Positions 14,050 to 27,890 of a DNA stretch of 64,000 nt are shown piece after piece. The stretch spans positions 16,306,001-16,370,000 of the forward strand of contig NC_045138.2 in the NCBI RefSeq assembly GCF_008831285.2. The letters are read 5' to 3'. Origin of the DNA: Nymphaea colorata (taxonomy: Eukaryota). Both the position numbers and the translations under genes were made by a program. Every line of letters begins with the position of its first letter. The first letter of the stretch is position 1. The notes beneath the pieces are model-generated. The model was not told the DNA's origin, did no database searches, and was given only the letters and a program-made list of their open reading frames with translations.

Positions 14050-14820
14050 GACTCTGCATTTCATAGACCACTGAGCGTCGTCAACTACATTTTTCATGTC
14101 TTCGATCCGATACTTTGGTGGTGAAGCACAGAAAAGATCTGCTGCTTCCATCATGGAGATAGACTTACTAAATTTTCAGACATGCCAAATAGTAATTGGA
14201 GAAGCCATTTTTTGATTTAAATTTCCTCGGCCACCATTATATCCAAGTCTCCATCACAGAGTCAAACATTTTCAGTGGCATATCAAATTTGTACCCCTGA
14301 ACTGTACCACACCTTCACAGCATAGCTACACTTGGAAAGGGAAAATGAAAATTCATGAATCACGTCTACATAGTGCAGATCTGTTAGGTAACGTGTAGCC
14401 TATCCAAAGTGAGTAATTTGATCATACTAGCCAAGTAAAGTCGCCATTGTTCCCTAGGAATGGCATCAGTCTTCCATGCTGCCTCTCCAAGCATCCTTAT
14501 CTCTTTTGTACCTTATTTTATCATATATATCTGAACAACAGAGCTTGGAAACATCATCGCCAGCCCAGGTCAGCATATCTCATCTTTGTTCCAACTTGAT
14601 GGTTGCTTAACAACTTGATGGTTGCTTAATTCATGGAGACTGTACAGAAATCGACTGCTTTTCGCTTTCAGAAAAATGTATAGTTATTTTCCGGCCAGAA
14701 TTCCGCAATCTCCATATCACACTGTGAATACTCATTTGCTCCCATCCCCAAATCGGTAGCCATAAGCTCCCAGAAATTGGATACATATTTCCTTTTCATA
14801 AAGGCAACCCATTTGGAGTT
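14050..14820 (-). mobile_element. Degenerate L1-like LINE ORF2 C-terminal (zf-RVT) remnant
   Basis: Frameshifted minus-strand peptides NSKWVAFMKRKY, DMLTWAGDD, WKTDAIPREQWRLYLASMIKLLTLDRL and KCSYAVKVW match the plant LINE zf-RVT pattern (W..IPR....WLA...L.T.DRL..C..C..HLF.C..A..VW). Confidence 0.75.
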
Positions 14821-17800
14821 ATTGAAGTAAGTCAGTAACAAGAAAATAGTATATTACGTGCGGGGTGGGGGGGGGAGGGGGGGGGGGGGGGTGGTCGATT
14901 CATAGTTTAATTTACACTAATAATAGCTTTGCATTGTAAGGAAAGTAATGTTCATAATGGGGATACTGTTCGGTAACAGGAATGGAGCTCTTTGGAACGC
15001 AATATTCCATGAATGATACTGAGCTTCTAATGAGGCTATTTGTGGCATCAAGGACATTTTGTGTGTCCCATGGATGTGCATCAAAGATTGAGCAATTCGT
15101 GGAACAGTAGAACTATTGTTTTATGAATTGCCTCAGTCTATGGGTAGATTTGTGGTACACTCAAGAATGTCATTACTGCCAAAACAACCCGATAATTGCA
15201 CAGGAATAAAAAGTCACTTGTTTGAATTGTCAAAGAACTAGTTTCAAATTGGATAAGCACATGCAGTCTTCTAAAAATATAATTATTACCAGAATATTCG
15301 CCCCTGAAGTTGCATAACTTGTGGAAACCATTGGATGTTCGTTGGAGTTTTTCCTTCTTTTTCTTTGATTTCAAAGGTCCACTGGCTATTTGAAGTCGTA
15401 AAAAAAATTAAAATTTTAAACAACTGAACAAATACCTAAGAGATATATACGCTTTGTAGCTAGCCATTAACGAACCCTCTCTCTAACATGTTTGCTAATA
15501 TATATATATTTTTTAAGAAAAAGTATCACATATACTAACTTAATGAGAACACCAAGTTGGTGTTTGATTACCTCAAACTAGTTCGCATTACCTTAGGTTC
15601 TCAGTATTTGAAAATCATGTGTTTATGAACGAAGCTTTTGTTAAATAAAGGAGTAGAAAGATTATCTAATTAGTTCTGGATCTTTTGAAGAACTATAAAT
15701 TTGAGCGTAAATTCCTGCATTCCAAATATTGTACGCTGCATCTTATCCATGCATTTGAAGATTAGAGTCAATCAGACGCTTCTTAAGTTGCCCCATGGGT
15801 AGTTGGGAGTCGTCCGACCTTATTGCTTCAATAGCAAAGTCATCAGTGGTTTGGCCTTGGAAGCTTCCAGGAACAAAAAGAACAAGCTCCGAAAAGTCAA
15901 AATAATAAAACCGGTGGTATTGGATAGCTAGATATTCCTGAAGGGCGGTGGGGTCAACATTGTTCTCGAGAACGGAAATAAAGAACAAATAAAGCCAAAG
16001 ACGGCTGCTCAAAATTCTTGGGGAGACGTAGAAAAACTTGGTTGGACTCTGAAAAGTACAGAATCGGACCCTCATGCACTTAATTTTCCACACAAGCGGC
16101 TGAATTTTTGGCCATAGTGGATCTCCGCTTCCGAGTTTGCTCATATGGTCTCCCTTTTGTCAACACTTATCAAAGAAGGACATGACAGCAGAATTCTGCT
16201 CATGTAAGTTGATTGTGATACGGCTCTCGAAAGTTAAACAGTGTACAATGTTTTCATAATGAATTCCGCCAAAAAAAATGCTTACTACAAGCTTTCCGAT
16301 TAATTGCATTCAAATTTTGCATGTAGTGGAGCATTATGTGATTGGAACGTTTGTACGATTATGAATTAAACAAAAGTGCTAGATACGATCCTACCATGTT
16401 TTCTAAAGCAAGAATACAAAGCGGTGTTCCCGGTGACGTGTTTTCACAGAGAAAATGTTGTTCTTTGTCCTTTTCTTTTTCTAGTTTAAATATTACAATG
16501 GCTCACTCTGCTCATTTTGATAACTGGGCTTCACGAATTGTTGGACCTTGGAAACTCTGAATGAGAAATCTATGAAAAAACAAATTCTCTTTTGGAGATG
16601 ACGGCAAAAACAGGTCCCAAGAAATGAAATTAAAAAAACAACCAAGGGAAAAGACAACCATCACTCCACCGTCAGTTCTTTAATTTGTCAGGAAACCTTT
16701 TTTGTTTCCGAATTTTTCTTTGAAATGAAGACATTATAGCAGCATACTTGCTCTGATCTCCGGTCAAAATTTTGCTACGGTAGATCTGATCTTTTCTAAC
16801 TTAGTTCTTCGTCTCTTTATCCGCCCTCTTTAGGAGTCGTGCCATAGGAGTCGTGCCAAATTGTCTCCAAAACGTGGAGAACAAGTATTTTCAGTAGCAC
16901 GGCAGAATTCAAACTAAAAAAACTAAAATAGGAAGCTTGAGTTCTAGCCATCGCTTGTTTAAGTTAATTTAATTTGCGGACCTGTTGTGACATCAGGTTT
17001 GATAGATATTAAACAATGGTTGCTCGTGTATTCGATTCAAATGGACCTTCAAATACGCTCCTACAATTAATTCAAATCCCATTGTTTTGGTGTCCATGAT
17101 GATACGATCAACGACATCCGCAGAAGGATAAAGAGTCGGCCTTGACCAGAAAGCTACCTATCAGCAGGAGAACATATAGACTTAATTACAGCAACTGCAA
17201 ACAGAGATAGATCTGTGATTAATCAATTAACAATACCAACAAGAAACCTGTAATAATTAATCCTAATGTTCATAAATTTGCAGTTGGATACTTATGATCA
17301 ACCGAGTGGTGAACTTTTCTTCCTTTGTCTAGGTAGTATATACATCAGATCCCCAAAAGGATGAAGCCATCTTATTTTGTCGTGTATGCCTACGTCTTCC
17401 TATAGTCATCAGTTACGGTTGCTGGATCGGATCACCTCCATCTGCAGAACCAGGTTCATGGGAAAATAGAAAGGCCTTCAGCTGAACGCTTTTAGTGGGG
17501 CAAAATGGGAAAGAAAAATAGTTGAACTAAGGTGGAAGAAGAGAAAATAATGAAGGAAAGCTTTTTTTTATTTTTTACGTATTTTTTTTGCAAAATATTG
17601 ATCAAGTTTATTTGCTTGAAACTTAGATTGTTGTTTTATATGGTGATTTATAAGTGTCCAAACAATATATGAATGTCCAAATTAATGTAGCCACTCGATG
17701 TTGTTCGTAGTGGATTTTGCTACGTTGTCTTTAATCCCATAGCTTGTGGTTTTTTTTTTTTTTGTGTGTGTGTGAGTGGAATTTCCGGTACTCTTAATTG

Positions 17801-20800
17801 GCGAGCCTCTTTTGTTGTTGAATTCTTATTTTCGTCCAAATTTGTTACTCCGGCTAGTACTAAACACTATCCACCCCTTTGCTTTCTACTAATAGAATAT
17901 GCTAGGGAAAAGGAGCTAACAATTGATAGTACCTCTCTCTCACTCACATTATTTGATAATTTGATGAAAACTTAAATATCCATATAATCGAAAGCCTTCC
18001 TTCTCTAGGAACTGTGGTATAAGTGAGAATCGTGATGCTATATAATTGAATCCATTTAAAATGGAACTAGTGATTTTCAAAGTGGGATTAACAGGGTCAT
18101 GATAAAGAACCTGTGTTTGATGCTGAAGTCCTTCACTTTGGGCATTCCTTGGTTGCTGTAGTTAGCCATCAAAAACGGTCACCAAAGAGATTAAGGATCA
18201 TTAATAATATGAATCATGAGAAACTTACTCATAGTCTCTTGCTAATAGAAAACAGATCAGAGGAAAAGCTTTCTCAAATTTAAGTTTCATTAACAAAAAT
18301 TCATGCAATCAATTTTTTCTGTTATATAAAAAAATTATACACAAAAATTCAATGTTTTAGGCATATCTAATGCTCAATTCTTCTCTATTAATTTATTATA
18401 ATCTTACTTTAAGTCGTCTCTTTTCCACTAACACGCTAGTTAGCCGCTGAGATCTTTGACACCTTTCTCATAATTCTCGACAATATAATAGTCATCACTG
18501 GTAACAACACGGCATTTTTCTGCAATTGAAGCCTCCGCATAATAAGATTAACTACACTCTGCGTTCGCTGTTAAAAGGTCTGGATGCCCTTTTCATTTGC
18601 AATTAAGTAATTGATAAACCCTTTACACAACTAAAAATTAGAGTTGAAAAGACATTCAAAGAACAAATAAATAGATAACGATTTGTCAAAACATACGGTG
18701 CAGTAATATATACAACAACACTTCAAAATGCAAAACTACATGCGCCGATTGGTAATATATCTTTTTTGTCCCTTATTTTATCATATGTCTTTGAACAACT
18801 GATATTGGAAACATCATCGCCAGCCTAGGTCAGCATATCACATCTTTGTTCCAAATTGATAGTTTGTAACACCTGCTTAATCCATGGAGACCGTGCAGAC
18901 CGGCTTTCTGCTCAGAAAAATATTTCCAAATCATTCTTGAAAAACTCATATATAAGTCATTACCATTTAAAAGGAATCCAAGCACACCCCAAGACCAGTT
19001 TTCCGACCAAACTTTTGCTTTGCAAACATTACTCAAACTCCATATCACACACTGAGTACTAATTTCCTCTCATCCCCAAACCGGTAGCCGTAAGCTCCCA
19101 GAAGTTACATATGTATTTCCTTTTCATAAAGGCAGCCCATTTAGAGACATGGAAGCAGCAAGAAAGTACTATATTATGTGTGGTAGCAGGTCGATTCATG
19201 GTTTAATTTGCAAAAATAATAGCTTTGCCTTGCAAGGAAAATAATGTCCATGATGAACATGAATCCTGCTTTCTGGAACGCAGTATTCCATGAATGTGTC
19301 CTAAGGAACAATAAGTTCCTAGTATCGAACGCCCTGCAAGATGGGACACAGACGTCTGGTAAATTAAACTTGTTGAGGGATGCACTGGAATAAAAAAATC
19401 CCTTGTTTGAATTGTCAAACAACTAGTTGCGGCTTGGGTAAGCACATGCCGTCTTCTAAAAATGGAATTATTAACAGAATATTCGCCCCTGAAGTTACAT
19501 AAATTGTGGAAACCATTGTGATGTTAATTCGTTGGGAGTTTTTCCTCTTTTTCTTTGATTTCAAAGGTCCACCGGATATTTGAAGTCGTAAAATAATTAA
19601 ATTTTTAAGCAACTGAACCATGACCCAAGAGATCTATACGCTTCGTAGCAATTAATAAACCCTCTCTAACATTTTTGCTGGTAGATATTTAAACAAAAAA
19701 GTATCACATGTTCTAACTTAATGAAAACACTAAGTTGGCGTTTGATTACCTCCAACTAATTCAGATGACCTTAGATCCTCAGGATTTGAAACTCATGGAT
19801 TTAAGATCAGACCTGTTGATGGAGTAGAAAGGTTCTCTAATTAGTTCTGAATCTTTTGATGAACTATAAATTTCAGTGCAAATTTCCCGCATTCCAAACA
19901 TTGTACGTTACATCTTATCCATCGGTGGTTTGGCTTTGGAAGCTTCCAGGAATAAAAGAGAGAAAGCTCCGAAATGACATGATAAGAGCGGTGGGATTGA
20001 ATAGATATAAGGCGGTCGGATCAACATTGAACGAAAATTATGAACCAAGAATAAAGGCGATGATAGCTGCTCAAAATTCTTGGGAGCTGCAGAAAAACTT
20101 GGTTGCAAAGTACAGAATCAGATCTCTCATGCACTTAATTTTCCATACAAGCGGCTGAACCTTTGGGCATAGATGGATCTCCTCTTCCGAGTTTGCTCAT
20201 ATGGCCTCCCTTATGTCAACAATTATCAAAGGAGGACATGACAGCAGAAGCCTGTTCATGAAAGTTAATTATGATATGACTCGAAAGTTAAAAGTTGTTT
20301 ATTATTTTCGTCAAGAAATTCTGCCAAAAAGAATGCTTATTACAAGCTTTCCGATTTACCTTAAAATTTTGCATACAGTGGAGCATTATGTAATTGGAAC
20401 GTGTGTATGATTATAAATTAAACAGAGGTGTTAGATATGATCATACTATGTTTTCTAAAGCAAGAATATAAAGCGGTGTTCTGGTAAAATGTGTTTCAGA
20501 GACAAAATGTTCTTCTTTGTCTTCCTCTTTTTCTAGTTTAAATGCTAGAATGGCTCACTCTGCTCATCATCTTGATAACTGGGCTACACGCACTGTTGAA
20601 CCTTGGGAATTCTGGATTAGAAAATTTATAAAAATAATTCTCTGTCAGAGATCACGGCAAAAAACAGGTACGAAGAAATGAAATAAAAAAGCAACCAAGG
20701 GAACAGAGAACCCTCAACCCCCCACCATCAGTTTTTGATTTGTCAGGAAGCTTTTTGTTTCCGAATTTTTCTTTGAAGCGAAAACTTTATAGCACCGTAC

Positions 20801-21921
20801 TTGCTCGAGCGTCTCAAAATTGGATTATCTGTCCCATCGATCTGATCGCGGTCAAGATCTGGCCGCGGCAGCCCTCTTTAGATCAGCAAACTTTCTCCAA
20901 GACGTGGAGAACAAGTATTTTCGGTGAAAAACCTAAATGGAAGCTTGACTTCTAGTCATCAGTACTTTTTAAAGTTAATTTAATTTGGGGCCAGCTGCGA
21001 CATCAGGTCTGATCGATATTAAACGGTAGCTCGTGTCTTCTATTCAAATGGATTTCAAATATGCTTCTACAATTAATTCAAACCCCATTGTTGGGGTGTG
21101 CATGTTGATAAGATCGACGATCGCAGAAGGATAAAGAGTCAGCCTTGAACAGAAAGGCATGTATCAGCAGGAGAATGTATAGACGTCGTTACAGCTACTG
21201 CAAAAAGAGATAGGTCTGTGATGAATTAGTTAAGGATTTCTCTAAGGAAGTTGCAATAATTGCTTTCATCCATGGTTATAGCTGGACGTGTATGTGTACA
21301 AGTTTCAAGTAAAACAGATCAGAGAAAAAGCATTTTCAAATTTAATTTTCATTATCAAAAATTTATGCAATCAATTTTTTCGGTTATATAAAAAAATTAA
21401 ACACAAAAATTCAATGTTTAACGCATATCTAATGCTCAATTCTTATTTATTAATTAATTCATTATAGATTTACATGGACTCATATTCTTTCAACTAACTG
21501 GCTAGTTAGCCGATGATTTGTTTGGCACCTTCTCATCATTCTTGAGCACAGTAGTGAGCAGTGGTAACAACACGCCAGTTTCCTGCAATTGCAGCCCTCT
21601 CCATCAATAAGATTAACTACAACTCTGCACAGGCTGCTAAAAGCTCTCAAATTTTCATTTGCAGTAAAGTAATTGATAATCCCTTGTTTGTGCAGCAGTT
21701 CGTGTCTATTTTTTGCTTGTTCCTGATTTGTACAACTTTATTTTTGCTTAAGATAGGTTGGGAGACCTCTCTCCTGCAGGCTTGCATCAGAACTGAAAAA
21801 TAAAGTTGAAAAGACATTCAAAGAACAAATAAATAGATGACGACTTAACAGAACACAGCGTAGTAATATGTACAACAAACACTTCAAAATGCAAGTCTAC
21901 GTGCGCCAACTGGTAACATAT
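14501..21921. repeat. Head-to-tail tandem duplication (copy A ~14501-18760, copy B 18761-21921)
   Basis: Collinear homology, e.g. 14501 CTCTTTTGTACCTTATTTTATCATAT vs 18761 CTTTTTTGTCCCTTATTTTATCATAT; ends GCGCCGATTGGTAATATAT vs GCGCCAACTGGTAACATAT. About 950 bp (17300-18250) present only in copy A. Confidence 0.92.
18761..19160 (-). mobile_element. Duplicated part of the LINE ORF2 remnant
   Basis: IWSLSNVCKAKVWSENW resembles the LINE 'W.IGNG....FW.D.W' motif; homologous to 14501-14820. Confidence 0.65.
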
Positions 21922-22099
21922 TGCAAAATGTGCATGGACGTACAATGAAGGCAACTACATATTATGACAACAACAAATGCGAATTACAAGTCAAGATTCT
22001 TGTACCCACCAACATTCTCCAGAACAGAAGTCATCCAAAGCGCTATATATTAGCTACAAATAGTAAAATTTCACGTCATTACTAAAATTAGAACTAGCA

Positions 22100-25000
22100 G
22101 ATGCAATATATCAACCAACAAAAGTAAAATTTGGCAGTTCCACACACATCTTCCATAAGTACGAAGTGGTTTTACGACTAAAAGTTAGTTTGCGAAGCTA
22201 TGTTGTAGTGAGGCAACAGCCAACGCGTCCAAAAACCCTCTTAAAAATTTGTAAACCTCTTGCTGATATCTTTCAATCAATTCCAGCTGGTCCTTCAGAT
22301 AGCGCGAAGTCTAGACCACTTGGCGATCTCCACAGGAGAAGGAAAGAGATTACCGTATTAAATTGGAGCCGATCAAAGTACTCGTTGGATTTTAGATCTC
22401 GGAGGCCACCATGATGGGTAGGAAGTAGGAACCAAATCTAGTAAAATAAGCAGTTACTAGAACTGTTCCACTTTATGGGTAGTGACTACGAAGAAGACGA
22501 AGTAAAGAACGAGATATTGAGTAAGTACAACAGCAAAGTACAGTCTCAAAAAGTGAGTTCTGTATGTTTTCCTCTACGAGTTGTGCATTTTACTCTAGAA
22601 AATAGGATTGTGAACATAGAGGATTTGTTCAGTAGTAAAATCATTCCCCCGTCGAGTCCCTTACAGTACGACGATCCTGGAAAGCTTCATAAGAGATGTC
22701 ACATTGTTTTTTGAATGCGATCTTACAGTACCAACACTTGTAGACTATACAACTGCAAGCAGAAGGTTTTGAAGTGATAAACACTGTGATACAATGGGCA
22801 TTTCAGAATGTAGGAAAATGCAAGGATGGTGCTAATGGTTCCTTCTTTGGGTGATCATATGGAAGAAACAGAACAAGGAAATATAATCATGCAATACATC
22901 ATTTATCTATGACAAATGAGGACTAAGGACTAATTTTCAGAGAACTAAGGACTCAAGGGTAGACCATAGCTCAAATGCAATGACATGACAGCATTTATCT
23001 ATGACAGAAAATTCTGCTTAATTTTCGGAAAAGTAAAGACTCAAGGGTAGACTATACCTCAAATTACAATTAACAAAATATGCACTAAATCAAGAAGGAA
23101 AATAAATTGTTGAACGCCCATATGAGAACTATGAATTCCTAGAAAGGGCTTCAAATAATCATTTGCTGACTTGATGCCTTCACCAGATGTCGAATAGAAG
23201 GTCAACAGAGATAGAAATAATCCAATCAATTGAATGAAGATGCATTATGCCCAAGCAAATTCAGATTACCATTACCTAAATAAAATCAATGGGCATCCCC
23301 AACAAGATGAACGCATGACCAAGGCCTGAACTCCTGTAAGTGTTGAAAGAACCTGCTCAACAAATAATCCAATTAATTCATGAAACTGGATGCTGGTCAA
23401 ATCTTCAAAATACATAGTTTTGAAGTGCTGAAGGTTTGGGATCGGAAAAATATATGAGCTAACCAAATGCCCCAAACTTCCAAAGCGTTCTTACCGTAAG
23501 GACTTAGATGCAGGGTCTTCACCTCAATTCCTGTGAGTATCTGTTTCTTTGTGTTAGACCTAATTAATGTCGCCGCGGACAGAAAGGAAAGGTTGGGGAA
23601 AAAGTAATGTGTTCACGGTGCGACCATCAATGTTTACTCAGCTATTTTTAGCCCACTAAAGCCAATTTTTAGGCCTTTCCCTCTCTCTCTCTCTCGATCC
23701 ATTGGTGCTATGTAATTTTTGAAACCAACACCAGGTCATCCTGTTTTAGATGTCGAATTGGTGAAGTGGGTCAAATTTTGGCAGGATCATGGGTTCATTT
23801 CCAGTCTCAGGTGCAAAACATATACCAAATCTATAAGACAAAAACGAATAGTAGAAAAGCATCGGAAGCTTGCCAAGTATTGGGTGTGCCAAAAATTTAG
23901 ACCAATAATTGAACTACCATTATAACAGCCTAGGCAAACTTCACATCTCTGCATTGGCATATTACTTAGTGATTTTTTTAGCTCATGCAGTTTATTTCTA
24001 AAGATTATAACCAAAAAGCCAAATACATTTCTTTTATTGTTTGATGCCTTTGTAACCTGTGCCATATAGCACATATACTGGTCTCATCTACAGAGTTCTG
24101 TTATGAAGGTGGTAAAACATTCCAGGAGGCCTTAAATAGAAGGAAAAAAAAAATGCCCCCGGGTTAAATTCTGTCATCATGTTTTTTTTTCCACCAACTC
24201 TATTTTTGAGTTGAAGAGATGCGTAGATGCCCTTTGCATGATTAAATATGTTACTAATTTTGTTGGTCCACGTACCTGAGAATATTATGCAGCTATTAAT
24301 ATTTTTTTCTTGCATATACAAATGACATTATAGGAAAATGACAAGGCTAATATAGCTCTTTAGAGTTTTCAGATAAACTATAGTAATCACAATCTCCTTT
24401 TATACGATCAGAAATTGATTCACAATTAAACATAATGAACAGAAAGGAGACTTATCACTAGCCAATTTAAAATTTTAAATATGCTGAACATGCAGCTTAA
24501 CCAACAGCCTTTATAAAGACTAAGCAAAACTTCTAATTTAATTCTCCAATGAGCAAAGCAAGGAAGGATAATACTCCATAATCCATATAGATGATCTTAT
24601 GAGAATCCATCCTTCTCTAGCTGAAAAACCTGTAGTTTTGCCACATTATCAAATGTTTATACGTCAGAAATTCAAATTATTCTCAAGAAAGGACATGATC
24701 CTCATAGAACAGATAATTCCAAAATAATAATTGTGGCAGCCACTTAGCTATAGTGCTCAAACATCACTTCCTACATAATTTTCACTAACTATACCTTAAT
24801 TCATACTTCTCCTCTCAGTATATTGAACACATCTATCTGAACAAAAAGTGAGAGCCGAGTTACTCATTACGTACAAAAGCCAGCGCCAATGTAAATAAGA
24901 AAAGAAGGAACCTTAGGATGCATGAGCAGCACATTAACTAAATCCTTCCGTTGTGAAGAAGCGTAGAATGTGGTAGAGGAACTCTCTCCATGTCTTTCCT

Positions 25001-25615
25001 AATTCAACAGAAAGAAACACTCAGCAACCCAAAACAAATATACAACCAAGCAAATAACTGAATGAAGCAACATGAACACAAAACAAACCGGCTCAAACTG
25101 TATAAGGATAACAAAAATAAAAAAGACCAGGTCCAACATCTGTTAAGAAGTTTTCAGTTCCTCCAATAAAATCGGCAATTAAAAAGTTCAAGAGCAATGA
25201 TGTCACTGTAAGTCTAATAGACGCGTTAGAACTACCAATTTGTTAGACACTATAAAAAATCGTGATGATCTCAAGAATATCTAAGTGGTTGTGAAGGCTG
25301 ATAACAAAAAAAAAATTGTGCATGTATCTGCAGGACTTCATGCATAACTTTCAAAAGGTTGTGGAACTGATGGACCAGCTCCATAGTCCATACTTTAAGA
25401 TAAAAGTGAATGGATAAACGAAAAACAAAAAAACTTGAGTCCCACATAGGCTGCAGTTCAGGTACCTTATCCAATTTTCTAAAATTTTATATCAGCCACT
25501 TCAAAGCGCACATTGTGGTCTTTCATATTCTGACACAATGTGAATTAATTCAAAGCTACATGTCATGGTTTTCTGATGAAAGCTAGTGCGGTTGAGATTT
25601 GGACCTCTCTGTTTC

Positions 25616-25654
<39 letters not shown>

Positions 25655-26920
25655 AACTTGAAGATACAGCATCAGATCTGCTCATAAAACTGGTCCTTAA
25701 TTAGCTTCAGCTTGGCTCCAGGAGTTCACCTTAATGAACAAGCTCAACAGAGCTCATTCAGTTAATTGGTTTCCTTATGAACCAATAAATTAAAATTATT
25801 AATACAAGGCAATTTCTCTTTTTAAGGGAAATACCAAAAAATCTTTTTAAAAGAGTGAAAGGTAAACCAAGCAACTAAAAAAAAACTTGATGCAAAACTG
25901 AAACAAACTATACAGATTGTACCCCATACATGTTATTCCAGGATGTACCGAGGTCCAACTTGTCACCCCTGGTCAGGTTATATGCAGGTCTTGTGCTGCA
26001 AAGTTTATATGTAAAATATATATCCAACGCTGACAACAACTATACATGCCTATGCATGAGCTGCCAACCAATTGTTCATAAGGGAGACCAACCTAGGACA
26101 ACCGCATTTGCTCTTCATTGAGGGGTATCAAAAGCTTACCAACAAGTTGTATGGAAAAGTACATTCACAAGTGAAAGATGAAAGTACCTTGTTTATTTCC
26201 AACTCAGTGAACACGTCTTGTAGAACTATGTAATTCTACATCACGTCATATTCTGTATTTGCATTCAAATTGACCTAAAATTCATGCAAATAAAAGAAGA
26301 AACATAATGGAAAAGAATCTCCAATTCCAGCATAGAAAATGAGCTATATGATTGACAGGCAAGGCCTACTCTGCAATCTCAGCTTTTCCTGAGGAGATGA
26401 TTCTCGACCTTCCTCTCACGACACTTCAACAGACAGATTTTGTTTTTCTTGTGAAATTAGCTAAAAAAAAAAATCAGCGGAGGAAAGTTAAATTCACAGA
26501 AAATTTGTTCTTAGTTTATGCATTTGAAAAAAGAAAAATACTGATACCAATTCCTGGACCTGCAAGTGACGAAATTTTTTTCAATCGAGGAATTACAAGG
26601 AGAAATAAAGCGAGGGAGCGGAAGGAAGGAAGGAAAAGGAAAACCTTAGAGGGGAAGAAGAAAGGAGTCACAGCAACCGAGCCGATCAATCCCGCGAGGG
26701 CTCTCTGTGAGGGGAAGTTAGGGTTTGGTCTTCATCCCGAGAAGTCCTGACTTTCTTCAGGGGTTCTTCAGAGAAAAACGGTGGTCGGAGCGTTTTCCTT
26801 CTCTACGTCGAACAGTTCGACTCCCGCCTTCTCTTTCTTCCCGTCTGACAGTTTGGGCTCTCTCGCTCGAACGAGAGAGAAAGAGAGAGATTCCGAAGAA
26901 GAAAGCTGCGACGAACCATG
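22100..26920 (-). ncRNA. Putative spliced lncRNA or small-ORF gene; candidate exons 26645-~26920, 24912-24998, 23495-23559, 23276-23333 and a terminal exon starting at 22676
   Basis: Minus-strand GT-AG junctions with pyrimidine tracts (CTAAG|GTTTT, GAATTAG|GAAAG, CTAAG|GTTCC, TACG|GTAAG, CTTACAG|GAGTT, TTTAG|GTAAT, TTCCAG|GATCG). First exon is GC/CT-rich with a telo-box AAACCCTAA. No long ORF. Ends are approximate. Confidence 0.45.
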
Positions 26921-27890
26921 CTGTCCGTCGCAAATGTTTCCTTCGAAAACTTTCAACTGAAAAACCCGCGCCACATTTAAACAGCGCGGGAAGTATTAGA
27001 TATTTATCCGCTCGTTTTAACTCTAATCATAGAGAGTTTTAAACGGCAAGGTTTTGAGTATAATACGATTAGCTTTAAAAACATGAAAAAATATGATAAA
27101 TTTAAAATTTTTTAAAAAACTAAAAATGAAAGCAAAATAAAATAAGTAAAAAACTAATAACACAAACATAAAAAATAATTAGATTTGCAACAGATAAAAA
27201 CTAAAAAAAAATTGATATTAAAAAATTAAAAAAATGAAAAAAGTGAAAAAACACAAAAAAGCAAAAAATAACGTGTTTTTTAAGTTTTAAACAATATTTT
27301 ATTTTCTCACATTTTTTTCAAAAATAACGCGTTTTTTGTGGATGTGGACTTCTAGCAGAAATTGGATATCTGGTGCGGCATTTTCCCTAGTATTTTCGGT
27401 GGCGAATTATTGAAATCCATACGCCTTGTTTTGTATTATCATATTAAGCTTGCTACAATTTTAAGGGGCGATTGAAATACTCATTCATAGAATTTTAGAA
27501 TTAAAATGTTCATTTTTTTAAGAAATTGGACTTATTAAGCAAATAGAGTATTTTGTTTGCACAATTAGGAAACTAAAACCCATAATTCTGATTTCATTCC
27601 AGTTTGAGGAGGAATTATAGTAGTGAAATTTTCATTCTTGCATCAAAATTTGGAACCATCCAACGCCCTCAAGAAAACTTGAATCTCTTTTATGCACCAT
27701 GGTGAATATTGAACTTTAGACAGAAGCGGGTTATGTATATTCTACTGGTGCACAAAATTTTCATGTGTTAATATGGTTAATGACGAAAATACCCTAAAAA
27801 ATTTTTGTAGGGACAAAAAGAAAACAAACTGAAAAACAATTGAAGCTATTATTCACATAAATTTAACGCAGCCTGGTCCAAGTATGAAAT

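Noticed and set aside
15743..16144. 133-aa minus-strand ORF
   Set aside because: Not preserved as an ORF in the duplicate copy and no recognisable motif.
24100..24185. Minus-strand ATGATGA as a snoRNA C box
   Set aside because: No suitably placed CTGA D box or terminal stem found.
25439..25520. USE-like GTCCCACATAG with TTTATAT about 36 bp downstream (snRNA promoter?)
   Set aside because: No U1/U2/U4/U5-like sequence follows. Similar USE-like hits at ~11029 and ~50048 also lack a plausible RNA.
26700..26740. AAACCCTAA as a telomerase RNA template or telomeric array
   Set aside because: Single telo-box with no USE/TATA Pol III promoter and no tandem array.
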